Shown here piece after piece: positions 13,101 to 26,326 of a DNA stretch of 64,000 nucleotides. The stretch is from Octopus vulgaris (Eukaryota), in the NCBI GenBank assembly GCA_951406725.2, contig OX597814.1:86986001-87050000 (forward strand). Reading direction: 5' to 3'. The position numbers were made by a program, and so were the translations under genes. The notes under the pieces were generated by a model, which had not been told where the DNA came from, ran no database searches, and saw only the letters and a list, made by a program, of their open reading frames with translations. Every line of letters starts with the position of its first letter. Within the stretch, counting starts at the first letter, position 1.

Positions 13101-14445
13101 TAGAGTAAATGTAGCAAAGACCAAATTTATAGTAAGCAGAAAGGCGAACTCAGCACACACCCCATCGGGCAGGTGGCCCTGCTCGATCTGTAGAAAAGGT
13201 GTAGGTAGAAACTCGATAAGATGTACCCAGTGTAAGCTATGGACGCATAAGAGGTGCAGCAACATCAAAGGGAAATTAACTGATAAGACAGCTTTCATGT
13301 GCGGCAGATGCACAGGGACAATAGACACCACAGATACTCAGAAAGCAGATTCCATCACACTCTAGGGGAAGAAACTAGAAGTAGTTGATAATTTCCGCTA
13401 CCTGGGTGACCAAGTTAGTAGTGGAGGTGGATGCTCAGAGAGTGTCACCACTAGAATACAAATAGCCTGGGCAAAGTTTAGAAAGCTCCTACCCCTACTG
13501 GTAACAAAGTGTCTCTCGCTCAGAGTGAAAGGTAGATTGTATGATGCATGGGTGCGAACTGCCATGCTTCACGGTAGTGAAACATGGGTGGTGACTGCAG
13601 AGGACATGCGTAGACTTGAAAGAAATGAAGGAAGCTAGCATGATCCACTTGATGTGTAATGTCAGTGTGCATGCACGACAGAGGGTAAGCACCCTGAGAG
13701 AAATGCTGGACATAAGAAGCATCAGATGTGGTGTGCAAGAGCGACGCTTGCGATGGTATGGTCATGTACTGCGGATGGATGAGGAGAGATGTGTGAAGAA
13801 GTGCCGCTCCCAAACAGTTGAAGGTATCAGGGGGAGAGGTAGACATGGGATGAGGCAGTCAAGCATGACCTCAGAGCGTTGGGCCTCACAGAGGCAATAA
13901 TGAAGGGCCGAGATCTCTAGAGATATGCTGTGACTGCAAAGACCCAGGCTGCTTCCTGCACCAGTCCCGCATAGCCCCCGCCCATTCAAAGTACCTTGGA
14001 TTCCAGAACATCCTGCTGTGCTTGAGGAGACCTATTGAGTCAAGTACATGAACATCGAAATAAATATCAATGGAAATAGTATTTGTGATACCTGTGCCGG
14101 TGGCACATAAAAAGCACCATCCGAATGTGGCCGATGCCAGCACCGCCAGAACTGGCTTCTGTGCCGGTGGCACATAAAAAGCACCATCCGAACGTGGCCA
14201 ATGCCAGCACCTTGACTGGCTTCCGTGCTGGTGGTACGTTAAAAGCAGCCGGTGGCACGTAAAAAGCACCCACTACACTCGTGGAGTGGTTGGCGTTAGG
14301 AAGGGCCTCCAGCTGTAGAAACACTGCCAGATCAGACTGGAGCCTGGTGCAGCCCCTGGCTTCCCAGACCCCAGTCGAACCGTCCAACCCGTGCTAGCGC
14401 GGAAAACGGATATTAAACGATGATGATGATGATGATGATAATGAT
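10139..14445 (+). mobile_element. RTE-clade non-LTR retrotransposon, near full length
   Basis: APE endonuclease and RT coding region followed by a repeat-containing 3' UTR and (GAT)n tail; 5' boundary uncertain. Confidence 0.9.
10925..13950 (+). pseudogene. RTE ORF2 (AP endonuclease, RT, PHD-type finger); main intact segment 11122-13365
   Basis: VDVCCIQEVRW, SAYAP, GGDFNG, YRGIKLL, QFGF, FVDLEKAFDRV, GVHQGSALSPLLF, LLYADDL; frameshift near 11110, in-frame TAG at 13363, frameshift near 13630. Confidence 0.93.
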
Positions 14446-14829
14446 GTGATGTAGACCTTGTTCTGTTGAGTCAGTGGTTTGTGTACATATAATGATGCGC
14501 ATGTGCTATTTTGTGCTCATGGTAGTTTATTGTGGAGAGACTGGATGTTAACTAGATAGTATTGTTTGTACACCATCGTTTCTTTTTCCATTTGGCCAAA
14601 TGTGGCACCTGTTTAGTGTGCAATGTAGGTTTGTGCGTCATTTTACTTCCTTTGCTGTCTTCTATGCGTGTTGTAAGGGAGTGACAACTCCTTGTTTTTT
14701 TCTTTGTCTTCTGTATGTGTTACGTGTTTATGATGTGCAGGAGCATTGTGTTTGATGTCACAAGTAGTGGCCAATTAACCTAAATTCTGGTGGACATTGT
14801 AGTGGTCCAGCCTCTGATGACAGATCTGA

Positions 14830-15650
14830 AACCAGCTGCTCTTAAAACAGCAATCTCGTAGCTATAGTTTATCCTGTTGTTAGCTTCAGGCTGATACAAA
14901 TTGATCAGCATTGAAGACAGCTCTTTTCTTGATCCGCTCTGCAATATCATTTAAAGTGGAGATAGCAATGCATTGACAACCGTGCAAGTCTCCGACCACA
15001 CTACAAACGACATGTGCCATCGACTTGAAAAGAACTTTTGTCAAAATCTTCAGCAACGTATTTACCAAGGTTATAGGCATGACTCGTGTGTCCTTGTTCA
15101 GATCCTTCCTCAGCAGTGTAAACAAGTCTGATATGTGGCAAATAAAGTTTATTGAACAAGCAATATATTCCCAGTGATTTGCCACTTGCACTTTGTCTGC
15201 TACCTCGCTGGCTGCACTTTGCATTTTAGATCGAGGTAGACATCTAAGTTGGCTACCTCCAGTCTGTTGCTCTTTGCGAAGTTTGGTGAAATGCTGCTGG
15301 AAAACCCCATACAACCAATAGTATGTACCCATTACTATTCGTCAAAGATAGAAATGTGACTTTGTTGTCACTGTACCTTTGCCATTTTTGTCACTCAATC
15401 AGTTTCTTTGCTCTCATGTTTCATCACATGTCCTGGCACAAATGATACATCCTTTGTGTTTTACATCAAAGAAATAGTCAAGGGATATTTCTCTCCATTA
15501 ATGCAGTTATCCCCCACATAATAACTGCTGTCACTAATGTGTCCAAACTCAACAAAATAACGATTGATCAACAGACTTGTACCAACACCATGTATACCCC
15601 ACTACAAGCAGTTGTGCAAAGAACTCATGCCACTGATTTCAGTGTCAGTA
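14830..15650 (-). mobile_element. Decayed L1/Tx1-like LINE fragment
   Basis: TRVMPITLVNTLLKILTKVL resembles the L1/Tx1 RT motif RPITLLNxDxKILAKVL. Confidence 0.5.
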
Positions 15651-15917
15651 TTCTGCCAAAATTCAGCCTGGAACAAGTAAACCTAAGAATACAGAAAGTA
15701 ACTGATGTTGATTCAATTGCATTAAAACCATGTGATCTGAGCTGACCACTTAAAGCCTAAACACATAGAACAGTTTTGATTTTTTTTTTCAACTCTCTAT
15801 TCTGTCTGAACATCTTACGAGGTGGACATATCATATGCACCTTGATTTGACATCCAGTTTTCCCAACATGCATGGGTTAGACTAGTAACATTGGTTAAAC
15901 TGTGAACAATATCTTTC

Positions 15918-15920
<3 letters not shown>

Positions 15921-15972
<52 letters not shown>
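15921..15972. repeat. (TG)n microsatellite
   Basis: Direct read. Confidence 0.95.
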
Positions 15973-15976
<4 letters not shown>

Positions 15977-15977
15977 C

Positions 15978-16065
15978 TAAATATAATATGTGACAATTAT
16001 TCAGTAGCCATGATAAAACTCAGAGTTTATCATGGCTACCGAATAATTGTCACATATTATATTTA
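15978..16065. repeat. Near-perfect 88-nt palindrome (hairpin)
   Basis: taaatataatatgtgacaattattcagtagccatgataaaact-cag-agtttatcatggctaccgaataattgtcacatattatattta; one mismatch and one bulge. Confidence 0.92.
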
Positions 16066-16134
16066 CAGATAAATTTCTCTGTTTACATAATATCAAGGTC
16101 TCTTTCATTCTTTTGTTGTCTTACCATTTTCTAT

Positions 16135-16750
16135 CAATAATCATCATCTAACGTCCATTTTCCATTTTGGCATGGGTTGGACAGTTTGACAGGAATTGGC
16201 CAGCTGAAGAGCTACCCAGGCTACATGTCTATTTTGACATGGATTCTATAGCTAACATCAACCTCTTCATAGAGTGCACTGGGTGTTTCTACATCACACT
16301 GACACAGGTGCATTTACATGGTACCAGTATGGGTGCTTTCTATGTGGCACCAACACCCATAAGCCTGCAAGATTAGGAATGCTCAGTTGGAGAGGGATGC
16401 AGAGGAGAAGCCTATATGCAGGGGCAACTACACTTTTACTTAGCTTGGCATGTCTTCTCAAGCACAGTAAACCACCAGGAGTCTCAGTCCCCAGTCATCC
16501 CCTCTGTGAGTCCCAACATCTGTTAATCCATTCTCAACACTTCCTCCCATGTCTTCCTGGGTCTACCCTTTCCACATGTTCCCTCCACAATTAGAGATCA
16601 GTACCTCTTGATGCAATTGTCTTCATTCATGTGCATTACATAACCGTACCAGCACAGTCTTCTCTCTTTCACACTATATCTGGTACCTCATATACCCAAT
16701 TTTTCTCTCAAATCACTTACACTGTTGTATATGCACACTGACATTAATCC
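16135..16750 (-). mobile_element. 5'-truncated RTE copy (ORF2 end plus 3' tail)
   Basis: Reverse complement of 13650-14430, with tcatcatc tail at the left end. Confidence 0.7.
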
Positions 16751-17179
16751 CCCATACATAGATATTTACTATCTGTAATTCTGTATTGACCCAAATGGAA
16801 AAATGTGTCACTCAAGAAAGACTTCAGTTTGAACAATTTTCATGTTAATACTAACATTTGCAAAATGAGTAAACCTGTTTCACCAGGAAAATTAGTGTTC
16901 TTCTCAGCTGATTAAATTAGCTTCACATCTCTTGCCAGAGTTGCTGAAATGCTTCAAAGCAACTTGAACTACAAACACTACAATTTTTTAAACTTTATCA
17001 CATAAATTCAATAACTCACCAATATGATATGAATTACACTTTAGAGGGTACAAGCTGTCATTATGACTGATATTTTATCAATCACAGTTCCTTTAAAAAT
17101 TAATCACAAAACAAAGCTTCACATATAATAAGAAAAAGTGAAAAGAAGTTTGCAAATAGAATTTTAAGTATTTGATTTT

Positions 17180-17228
<49 letters not shown>

Positions 17229-17237
17229 CAGTATTTG

Positions 17238-17243
17238 TTTATT
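17238..17243 (-). terminator. Candidate polyadenylation signal AATAAA of the cofilin gene
   Basis: tttatt on the plus strand ~355 nt downstream of the stop; a second one lies at 17178-17183. Confidence 0.4.
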
Positions 17244-17597
17244 CTTAGAAAGGCATAGAGCTGCCAAAATTAAAAAAGAGAAGACATCTGAAAGTGATAG
17301 TCAGATACATAAATATGAAGAAAGATAATGTCAAAAACCATTAGCTTAACAGAATTTAACTGGAAGTGGTTATAAAATAGCAGAAGAGCAGAAAATTGTC
17401 TACAACAGCCAGATGGAACAGTTTTCAGTTATGAAATCTCTAAAACGTTTAGCGTTTTAAAAAAAGTAAAACAAGTTTCCATGGTCAGACGAGCACAATG
17501 CAAGTTGAGACACTACACACACATATAATATATATATATACACTTATATATATATATATAAAGACGTAAGATGTATTTTCATAGAAAACAAAAATAT

Positions 17598-17754
17598 TCA
17601 GGCCTTATCCACTCTTTGTTGTACCTCATCGAAGCTTAGATCATCTAAGTCACATGCTTGGATTTCAACTTGAATACCACTGAAAGCTTTTTTTATGGCA
17701 CTGCGAGTTGAACTATACATCATTTTGCAGCGAATTTGGGCTTTCTCTGGACAC
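17598..17754 (-). CDS. cfl: ADF/cofilin, last coding exon
   Basis: Acceptor ttttttccag|G completes the split Trp codon, then CPEKAQIRCKMMYSSTRSAIKKAFSGIQVEIQACDLDDLSFDEVQQRVDKA-stop, matching the ADF-H actin-binding helix (KM.YSS) and C-terminal QA.D motif. Confidence 0.93.
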
Positions 17755-18634
17755 CTGGAAAAAATGAAAATGCAAATATTTAGGCATAGCATTCAAAGCA
17801 AATGAGATTTTAAACTGAAACCAAGCAACAAATTTAAAAAAAGAGCCAATCTGCAAATATAAAAAAGAAAATTACAAAGCTATTGATTAAAGTTTTCAAA
17901 CATGAGGATCCTCTCCTCTAACTTCCAAACATAATCCAAAGGGGTGCAGAATCAAGATGAGATATTTATTAGGTTATTTTCAACTGTAAGAAGGAAGACA
18001 ACCAGTTAGTCAGACTACCTCAGAAATTTCTCAAGTTTTTAGATTTACAGTATTACTATTTTGTAGCTCAGTACCACACACATTTGCTAGTTGTACAATA
18101 CTATTACTACTTACAGAACAAGGTAAATGTTTCATCTTAGATGCAGACACATCGTAAGTCATAACAATATGATCTGCCTACCTCTTGGTTCATTACCTGG
18201 TACTGTATTGACTTGGCAATATATGCGCTTTACAAGCTTAATAGATTGCTGAGCATCACTGGAGATTTCTCGCCATGTAGGATGAGAGAGAGAGGGTGGG
18301 GGAGTCCAGACCATTTGTTATCATTCATAGGTTGACAGGAAATTGTTGTTTACTTTCCTATAGGTCTGTAATTTTTAAATCAGAGATTAGGTTTTAACAT
18401 TTCCTCAGGACAGAACACATCTGATCATTCAGGTCCACTTTCCAAGCTACTGATTTTGCTTCATTAGATCATTTATAAGCAATAGTACATCAACAGCTTT
18501 TAAGATGCATTTTTTTAATGATTATAGATGTGTGATTACTATGGAGAATGAATAAAGATAAGGCTTAGTATTAGCTTCATGGGAATATACACAGAAGTGG
18601 CAAAGTTAGTGTGCTGTGAAGAAAATAGAGACTA

Positions 18635-19040
18635 GGCGCAGGAGTGGCTGTGTGGTAAGTAGCTTGTAAACCAACCACATGGTTCCGGGTTCAGTCCCAC
18701 TGTGTGGCATCTTGGGCAAGTGTCTTCTGCTATAGCCTCGGGCTGACCAATTCCTTGTGAGTGGATTTGGTAGACGGAAACTGAAAGAAGCCTGTCGTAT
18801 ATATGTATATATATAAGTGTGTGTGTATATGTTTGTGTGTCTGTGTTTGTCCCCCTAGCATTGCTTGACAACTGATGCTGGTGTGTTTACGTCCCCGTCA
18901 TTTAGCGGTTCGGCAAAAGAGACCGATAGAATAAGTACTGGGCTTACAAAGAATAAGTCCCAGGGTCGATTTGCTCGACTAAAGGCGGTGCTCCAGCATG
19001 GCCGCAGTCAAATGACTGAAACAAGTAAAAGTGTAAAGAG
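18635..19040 (+). mobile_element. tRNA-derived SINE (family A), full length, with internal TA/TG microsatellite
   Basis: Head ggcgcaggagtggctgtgtggtaag with box A/B-like tggctgtgtgg and ggttcagtccc; other copies in the window. Confidence 0.85.
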
Positions 19041-19084
19041 TAATATTATGGATGGAAAATGTGCTGGAGCTGTATAAAAAGTAC

Positions 19085-19260
19085 CTGTGCTGGTTCCACG
19101 TAAAAAGCACCCAGTAAACTCTGAAAAGTGGTTGGCATTAGGAAGGATATCCAGCCAGAGAAACCATATCAAAACAGAGCCTGGTGCAGCTCTCCAGCTT
19201 GCTAGTTCTTTTCAAACTGTCCAATCCATACCAGCATGGAAAACAAATGTTGAATAATGA
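19085..19260 (+). mobile_element. Short RTE 3'-tail copy
   Basis: aaaagcaccc...gttggcattaggaagg..atccagc...catggaaaac. Confidence 0.65.
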
Positions 19261-19929
19261 TTTTATGCATTCTGCATCACATAAAGTTACCCTTGGAATA
19301 CACTTTATATAGTTCATTAACATAATTGTTATATTGATTAATTCATTATCATAATGGTGGAGTGACTATTCTTGCAGACTACCTTCTTCAGGTAGCTCCA
19401 GAAAATACATTAAAAAAAGTTTAATTTCATATACTAGCAAAATTACCCATTGTAATATTTTTACTTGTAGATCATTACTAGTTGAACTTGTCTCTAAAAG
19501 TGTTGATAAACATTTCATTTGGTCACTAAATTACTGAATCATTTTATTTCAATATCTTTTCTAGATCAACATCTGTAGTTTCATTACAAATGTTTCACCA
19601 GAAATGCTATCTGTAGTTCAATAATACAAATGTTTGTCCTTATATTTCAACCATCATAAAGTATTCAACCCTTATAAGTGAGTTTGAGTTTCACTGTTCA
19701 AGATAATGAAATTTAATTAGTGAACAATTTCAACCAATTACCTCAAAATATATTTATTTATGCCAACATTACCTTCTTGATTCAAAAGGACGAAAATCAT
19801 AGACTCTTTGAATTCAAAAGGTTTATTGACTATATGGAGAATACAATTATTAACATAAAAAGTATAAAACAAATGTGATAAAATAATACCTTCCTTATGA
19901 AACAAAAGTATTTTTCTAGAAACTTTTAC

Positions 19930-20083
19930 TCCATCAAATGTAATGCTTATTTATCTATATTGTTTTGAAATAATTATGCACTATCTTGTAACTGAGATTT
20001 CGATGAGGTGATTGTTTAATTTTAGAATGACATTGTAGGGCATGTGTATGAGTAGAATGGCCAGTTTAAATGCTAGTGGGTTA
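19930..20083 (+). mobile_element. Partial piggyBac-like MITE (same family as the split copy at 39752/45098)
   Basis: Shared core tcaaatgtaatgcttatt...ttttagaatgacattgtaggg...ggccagtttaaatgcta. Confidence 0.5.
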
Positions 20084-21475
20084 CATAAATATCCAGGTAA
20101 AAAAAAAAAAACAACAACCAGTAATTACTTTTAAGTCAGGTACTTATTCTAGTGGTTTCTTTTTGATGAATTGCTAAGTTACAGATTTGGCAACAAATGA
20201 ACATCATGTTTCTCTCTCACAACTTGATACCAAAGACATATATGTCTATTCATAAAAAGAAGCATGTACTATTTACACTAATTGTTTTAGGAAGGCACAT
20301 GGCAGAGGAAAGGGTGTTGGGCTCACACTCATAGAGGTCATAAGTTCAATTTCTTGACTGAACAAGTCATTTCATTATATGTTACTTCAATCTACTCAGT
20401 TATAAAGGCGTACCAACTTAGTTCTGGTGCAGCTCTTTCTCTCTTCAGCTATTACCCCTTTGATACTTCACTTGGTCAAGTTACTTGTGACTACAGAGAC
20501 ATACATACACAACAGGCTTCTAGATAGCTTTTGTGCCAATTTTACTCATGAAGCATTGGTTGGTTCAGGGCTGTAGAAGACACTTGCCACTGCAGTTATG
20601 TTAGCAATGTCATTGAAATTTAAAGATAACATCTGTGTAGATAGAAGGAAGAGTGTGGAGAGAAAAGTTGTTGAGAAATAAAGTGAGGGAGAAAAAGTGT
20701 GAAAAACAGATAAATAGGTAGTGCTGTCACTTCAGTAACTAACAAGTTTCAATTAAAAACATCAAAATTTTAAGTGCAACTCTGCCAACACAACACAGAC
20801 TTAAAAAAAAAAATTAACAAAAATCACCAAGCTTATAAGCATTTGACAATTTTTTATTGAGTGGATAGGATGAACTTTTCACAAATCTTTTACACACTAA
20901 ATAATTTAGTCCTAGATAACTTTGTTTTAATAACTAGATACAATAGATTGTCTACAGTTGTAGGTCTAATTGATCATGGCTTATCTGGTACAAAACAACA
21001 ATAGATAAAGATGACTGATCAAAATTTCAAAATGAAACAATTCTTGGTTTAAATTCTAAGAAAGCAAAATAATATAGATCTGTAACTAACATGTCTGGCA
21101 CTGTTAAGAAAAAAAAATGATGAAGTTCTAAACATTTTACAGCATGACTACATAGACATCCATATAACAACCTGCTTGTTCAGCCACCCATTATACATTA
21201 GTTAGTTAGAGAGGTGGAGTAGGAGTGAATGAAGAAAGAAAAGAGGATGTAGTAGGAGTGAAGAAAGAACAGAGGAAGAAGTAGAGAAAGGTGTTTAATA
21301 TTAATATACACTTAGGCCAAAAAGCAACATGGTGAGCTGAAGGTAAATGTGAAGAACTAGAAAAAGACAAGAAAAAGGAAGAGGGAAGTGTTAATGACAT
21401 GTGGTGGGGGAAGGAATACTTAAAACATGGTTAAAAAATTAGCCAAAGGGAAAGATAGACAGAGGAGGCAGTTGT

Positions 21476-21513
<38 letters not shown>

Positions 21514-21604
21514 AGGAGGCAGACAGTGGCTGTAGGGATTTGTTGATAGTGAAAAGTATTTTTTTTTATTGAACTAATTTTAGTGTAGTGGGGATGGTTG
21601 CTCC

Positions 21605-22520
21605 AGACATGGTCACCTAGGTAGTGGAAGCTATAAACTACTTCTAGTTTCTCTCCCTGGCATGTGATGGAATTCCTTTTCTGAACATCTTCAGGGTTTA
21701 CTGCCCCTGTGCATCTGCCACACACAAAAATTATCTTCCTGGTTAACCTATCTTTGATATTGCTGCACTTCTTGTGTCCACAGCTCACACTGGGTACATC
21801 TTATGGAGCTTCTACCAATGCCTTTTCTACAGATCAAGCAGAGCCATCTACCTGAAGGGTTTTTGATTTGTCCAACTTCCTACTTACTAGGACTTTGGTT
21901 TTTGCTAGATTCATTCGAAAACCCTTCAATTCTAAACCTTGCTTCCACATTTGAAAATTTCTCCCTAGTTCTGGTAGTGATTCAGCTATTAGACCAAGGT
22001 CATCAGCATAGAGAAGTTCCCAGAGGCAGCCTGTCCTGAATTCCTCTGTTATTGCCTGGAGGACTATGATGAACATGAGGGGGCTGAGGACTGATCTTTG
22101 GTGTATCTGTACTTCTACCCGGAATTATTTACTATAATTGTTGCCAACCCTCACCTTACTGACAGCATCCCCATACAGCTCTGACAACTAGTCTATCCCT
22201 AGTTTCTGAACTGCCCACCAGATGAGGGATCAAGGGAGCCTGTCAAAGGCTTTCTCCAAGTCAACAAAAGTCAAGTACAGAGGTTTATCTTTGGCAAGGT
22301 ATATCTCCTGAAATTGCCTTACCAGAAATATAGCATCAGTGGCACGAAATCAACAGCACCTCATCAAGGCTCACTCCCTCCCTAATTAGTTGGGCTATGA
22401 TTCTCTCTTTGATCACCTGATCTAGCAATTTCATACCCTTGTAGTTATTTCTATCTAAGGCACCACCTTCACATTTCAAGCAGTTGATTATGGTGCATCA
22501 ACACCAGTCATAGGTGTGAA
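21605..22520 (-). mobile_element. Decayed RTE ORF2 fragment (RT plus PHD region)
   Basis: MFIIVLQAITEEFRTGCLWELLYADDL and HKKCSNIKDRLTRKIIFVCGRC...GEKLEVV. Confidence 0.88.
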
Positions 22521-22629
22521 CGACATGATTTACAATATGGATGATAAGACCGTAACCCACACCACCAGGTATTTTAAGCACACACACACATATATATACA
22601 CACACACACACACACGTATACATACATAT

Positions 22630-22862
22630 ATATTGTTTGTTCCTTCTTGAGCCACGCCTGGCTCATAAGGGATGGTTTCCCCGGTTTCAATGACATATAG
22701 GTTCCCCACATGGACGGGAATCCGGTCCGTTGCAGGTGAGCAAGATGTAGGAGGAAAGAGAAAAAGTTGCGGTGAAAGAGTCAGCAGAAGTTCGCTATTA
22801 CCTTCTGCTGGAAGCGAATGGAGCCTAGGTGTTTTGCTCTGAAACACACACACATCGCCCTA
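22630..22862 (-). mobile_element. SINE-like fragment of another family
   Basis: Non-coding, GC-richer block with a SINE-like core (gtgttttgctc..aacacac) between microsatellites. Confidence 0.4.
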
Positions 22863-22904
22863 TCTATGAATCAAAGCAGGAATCCCCCAACTGCAATGTG
22901 CCTC

Positions 22905-23371
22905 CACACACACACACACACATATATATATAAACATACACACACATATATATATACACACATATACACATACATATATATATAAATACATATACACATA
23001 CATATATATAAGTAAATACATATACACATATATGTAAATACATATACACATATATGTAAATACATATACACATATATATAAATACATATACACATACATA
23101 TACATACATATACACATACATATACACACATATATATAACTACATATACACACACATATATATAACTACATATACACACATATATATAACTACATATACA
23201 CATATATATAACGACATATACACATATATATAACTACATATACACATATATATAACTACATATACACATACATATAACTACATATACACATACATATAAC
23301 TACATATACACATACATATATATACATAAACATACATATACACACACACATATATATATACACATACATAA

Positions 23372-23407
<36 letters not shown>

Positions 23408-26326
23408 AAATATACATATACACACACATATATATACACACATACATAAACATACATATACACACACACATATATATATATATATACATAAATATACATA
23501 TACACACACATATATATATATACATAAATATACATATACACACACATATATATATATACATAAATATACATATACACACACACATATATATATATATATA
23601 CGTAAATATACATATACACACATATATATATATATACGTAAATATACATATACACACACACATATATATATATACATAAATATACACACACACATATATA
23701 TACGTACATACATAAACATCTATCCGACTCGTGGCCGATGCCAGCGCCGCCTCCACTGGCTTCTGTGCCGGTGGCACGTAAAATACACCAATCTGACCGT
23801 ACGACAGGCACCCATGCCAACCCCCTTGCTTGCGAAGACATGTTGGGGCAAGCGAAATCGAATCGAACCAAAAAGCACTATCCGACTCGTGGCCGATGCC
23901 AGCGCCGCCTCCACTGGCTTCTGTGCCGGTGGCACGTAAAATACACCAATCTGACCGTACGACAGGCACCCATGCCAACCCCCTTGCTTGCGAAGACATG
24001 TTGGGGCAAGCGAAATCGAATCGAACCAGCCAGGTTCCCTGGTCTGGTGGTACGTAAAAAGCACTATCCGACTCGTGGCCGATGCCAGTTCCGCCTCCAC
24101 TGGCTTCCGTGCTGGTGGCACGTAAAATACACTAATCTGACCGTACAACAGGCACCCATGCCAACCCCCTTGCTTGCGAAGACATGTTGGGGCAAGCGAA
24201 ATCGAAATCGAATTGAACCAGCCAGGATCCCTGGTCTGGTGGTACGTAAAAAGCACCATCCGACTCGTGGCCGATGCCAGCACCGCCTCGTCTGGCTTCC
24301 GTGCCGGTGGCACATAAAATACACGAATCCGACCGTGGCCGTTGCCAGCCTCGCCTGGCACCTGTGCAGGTGGCACGTAAAAAGCACCCACTACACTCAC
24401 GGAGTGGTTGGCGTTAGGAAGGGCATCCAGCTGTAGAAACACTGCCAGATAAGACTGGAGCCTGGTGCAGCCTTCTGGCTTCCCAGATCCCCGGTCGAAC
24501 CGTCCAACCCATGCTAGCATGGAGAACGGACGTTAAACGACGATGATGATGATATATATATATACACATATATATACATATACACATATATATATATACA
24601 AATACACATATATATACATATACACATATATATATATATACAAATACACACATATATATATATATACAAATACACATATATATATATATACAAATACACA
24701 CATATATATATATACAAATACACACATATATATATATATATACACATATATATACATATACACATATATATATATATACAAATACACACATATATATATA
24801 TACAAATATACACATATATATATATACATATATATATACAAATACACATATACACATATATAAACAGATACACACACATATATATATATACAAAAACACA
24901 TAGGCACATATATATACATATAAATATAGACATCTACATCATACACACATACATAAATATAGACATATACATACACATAAATATAGACATACACATACAC
25001 ACATAAATATGGACATATACACACACATATATATACATACATACATGTACATATATATATACACACACACACATATATATATACACACACATATATATAT
25101 ATATACACACACATATATATATACACACACATATATATATATATACACACATATATAAATATATATATACATGTATACACAAATGTAATATATATATATA
25201 CACACTCAAATACATAAATATATACATATACACATGCATATATACAGATATATACAGATATACATATACACATGTGTATATGTACACATGTATGTGCATG
25301 TATATATATGTGTGTGTATATACATATATATTTACAACCACACATATATACATACATATATATACTTATGTATATATATATATATATATATATATACATA
25401 CACACATACATACGTGTAGACATATACATACGTATACACATATACACACACACATGTATATATATACATACACATGTATATATATACATACACATGTACA
25501 TATACATACACATGTACATATACATACACATGTACATATACATACACATGTACATATACATACACATGTACATATACATACACATGTATATATACATACA
25601 CATGTATATATACATACACATGTATATATATACATACACATGTACATATACATACACATATACATACACATACACATACACATGTACATATACATACACA
25701 TGTACATATACATACACATGTACATATACATGCACATGTACATATACATACACATGTACATATACATACACATGTACATATACATACACATGTACATATA
25801 CATACACATGTACATACACACATGTACATATACATACACACATGTATCCATATACATACACATGTATCCATATACATACACACATGTATCCATATACATA
25901 CACATGTATCCATATACATACATGTATATATATATATACATATGTACATACACATACGTATATACACATACCCATACGTATATATACATATTCATACGTA
26001 CACATACGAATAGACATACATACATATACATATATATATACGCATATATACACATATGTATACATACACACCTATATATATATACAAACATATATATACA
26101 CACACACATATATATATACAAACATATATATATATACAAACATATATATACACACACATATATATATATACAAACATATACATATATACAAACATATACA
26201 TATATACAAACATATACATATATACACACACACATATATATATATACACACACACACATATATATATACACACACACACATATATATATACACACACACA
26301 CATATATATATACACACACACACACA
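22905..26326. repeat. Compound (CA/TA)n microsatellite and minisatellite field, interrupted by an RTE tail
   Basis: Alternating purine-pyrimidine sequence with sub-arrays such as (taactacatatacacatatata)n at ~23130-23310 and (catgtacatatacataca)n at ~25490-25830. Confidence 0.95.
23720..24552 (+). mobile_element. RTE 3' UTR copy with ~160-190-bp tandem units and (GAT)n tail, inserted in the microsatellite
   Basis: Units start ctatccgactcgtggccgatgccag at ~23720, 23878, 24064, 24256; the terminal segment matches 14260-14440. Confidence 0.85.

Noticed and set aside
11122-13365. Active, intact RTE retrotransposon
   Set aside because: A frameshift in the endonuclease N-terminus, an in-frame stop at 13363 and a later frameshift make this copy non-autonomous.
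17755-17792. N-terminal part of the 64-aa ORF 17598-17792
   Set aside because: It is intron sequence (polypyrimidine tract and AG acceptor); the true exon starts at 17754.
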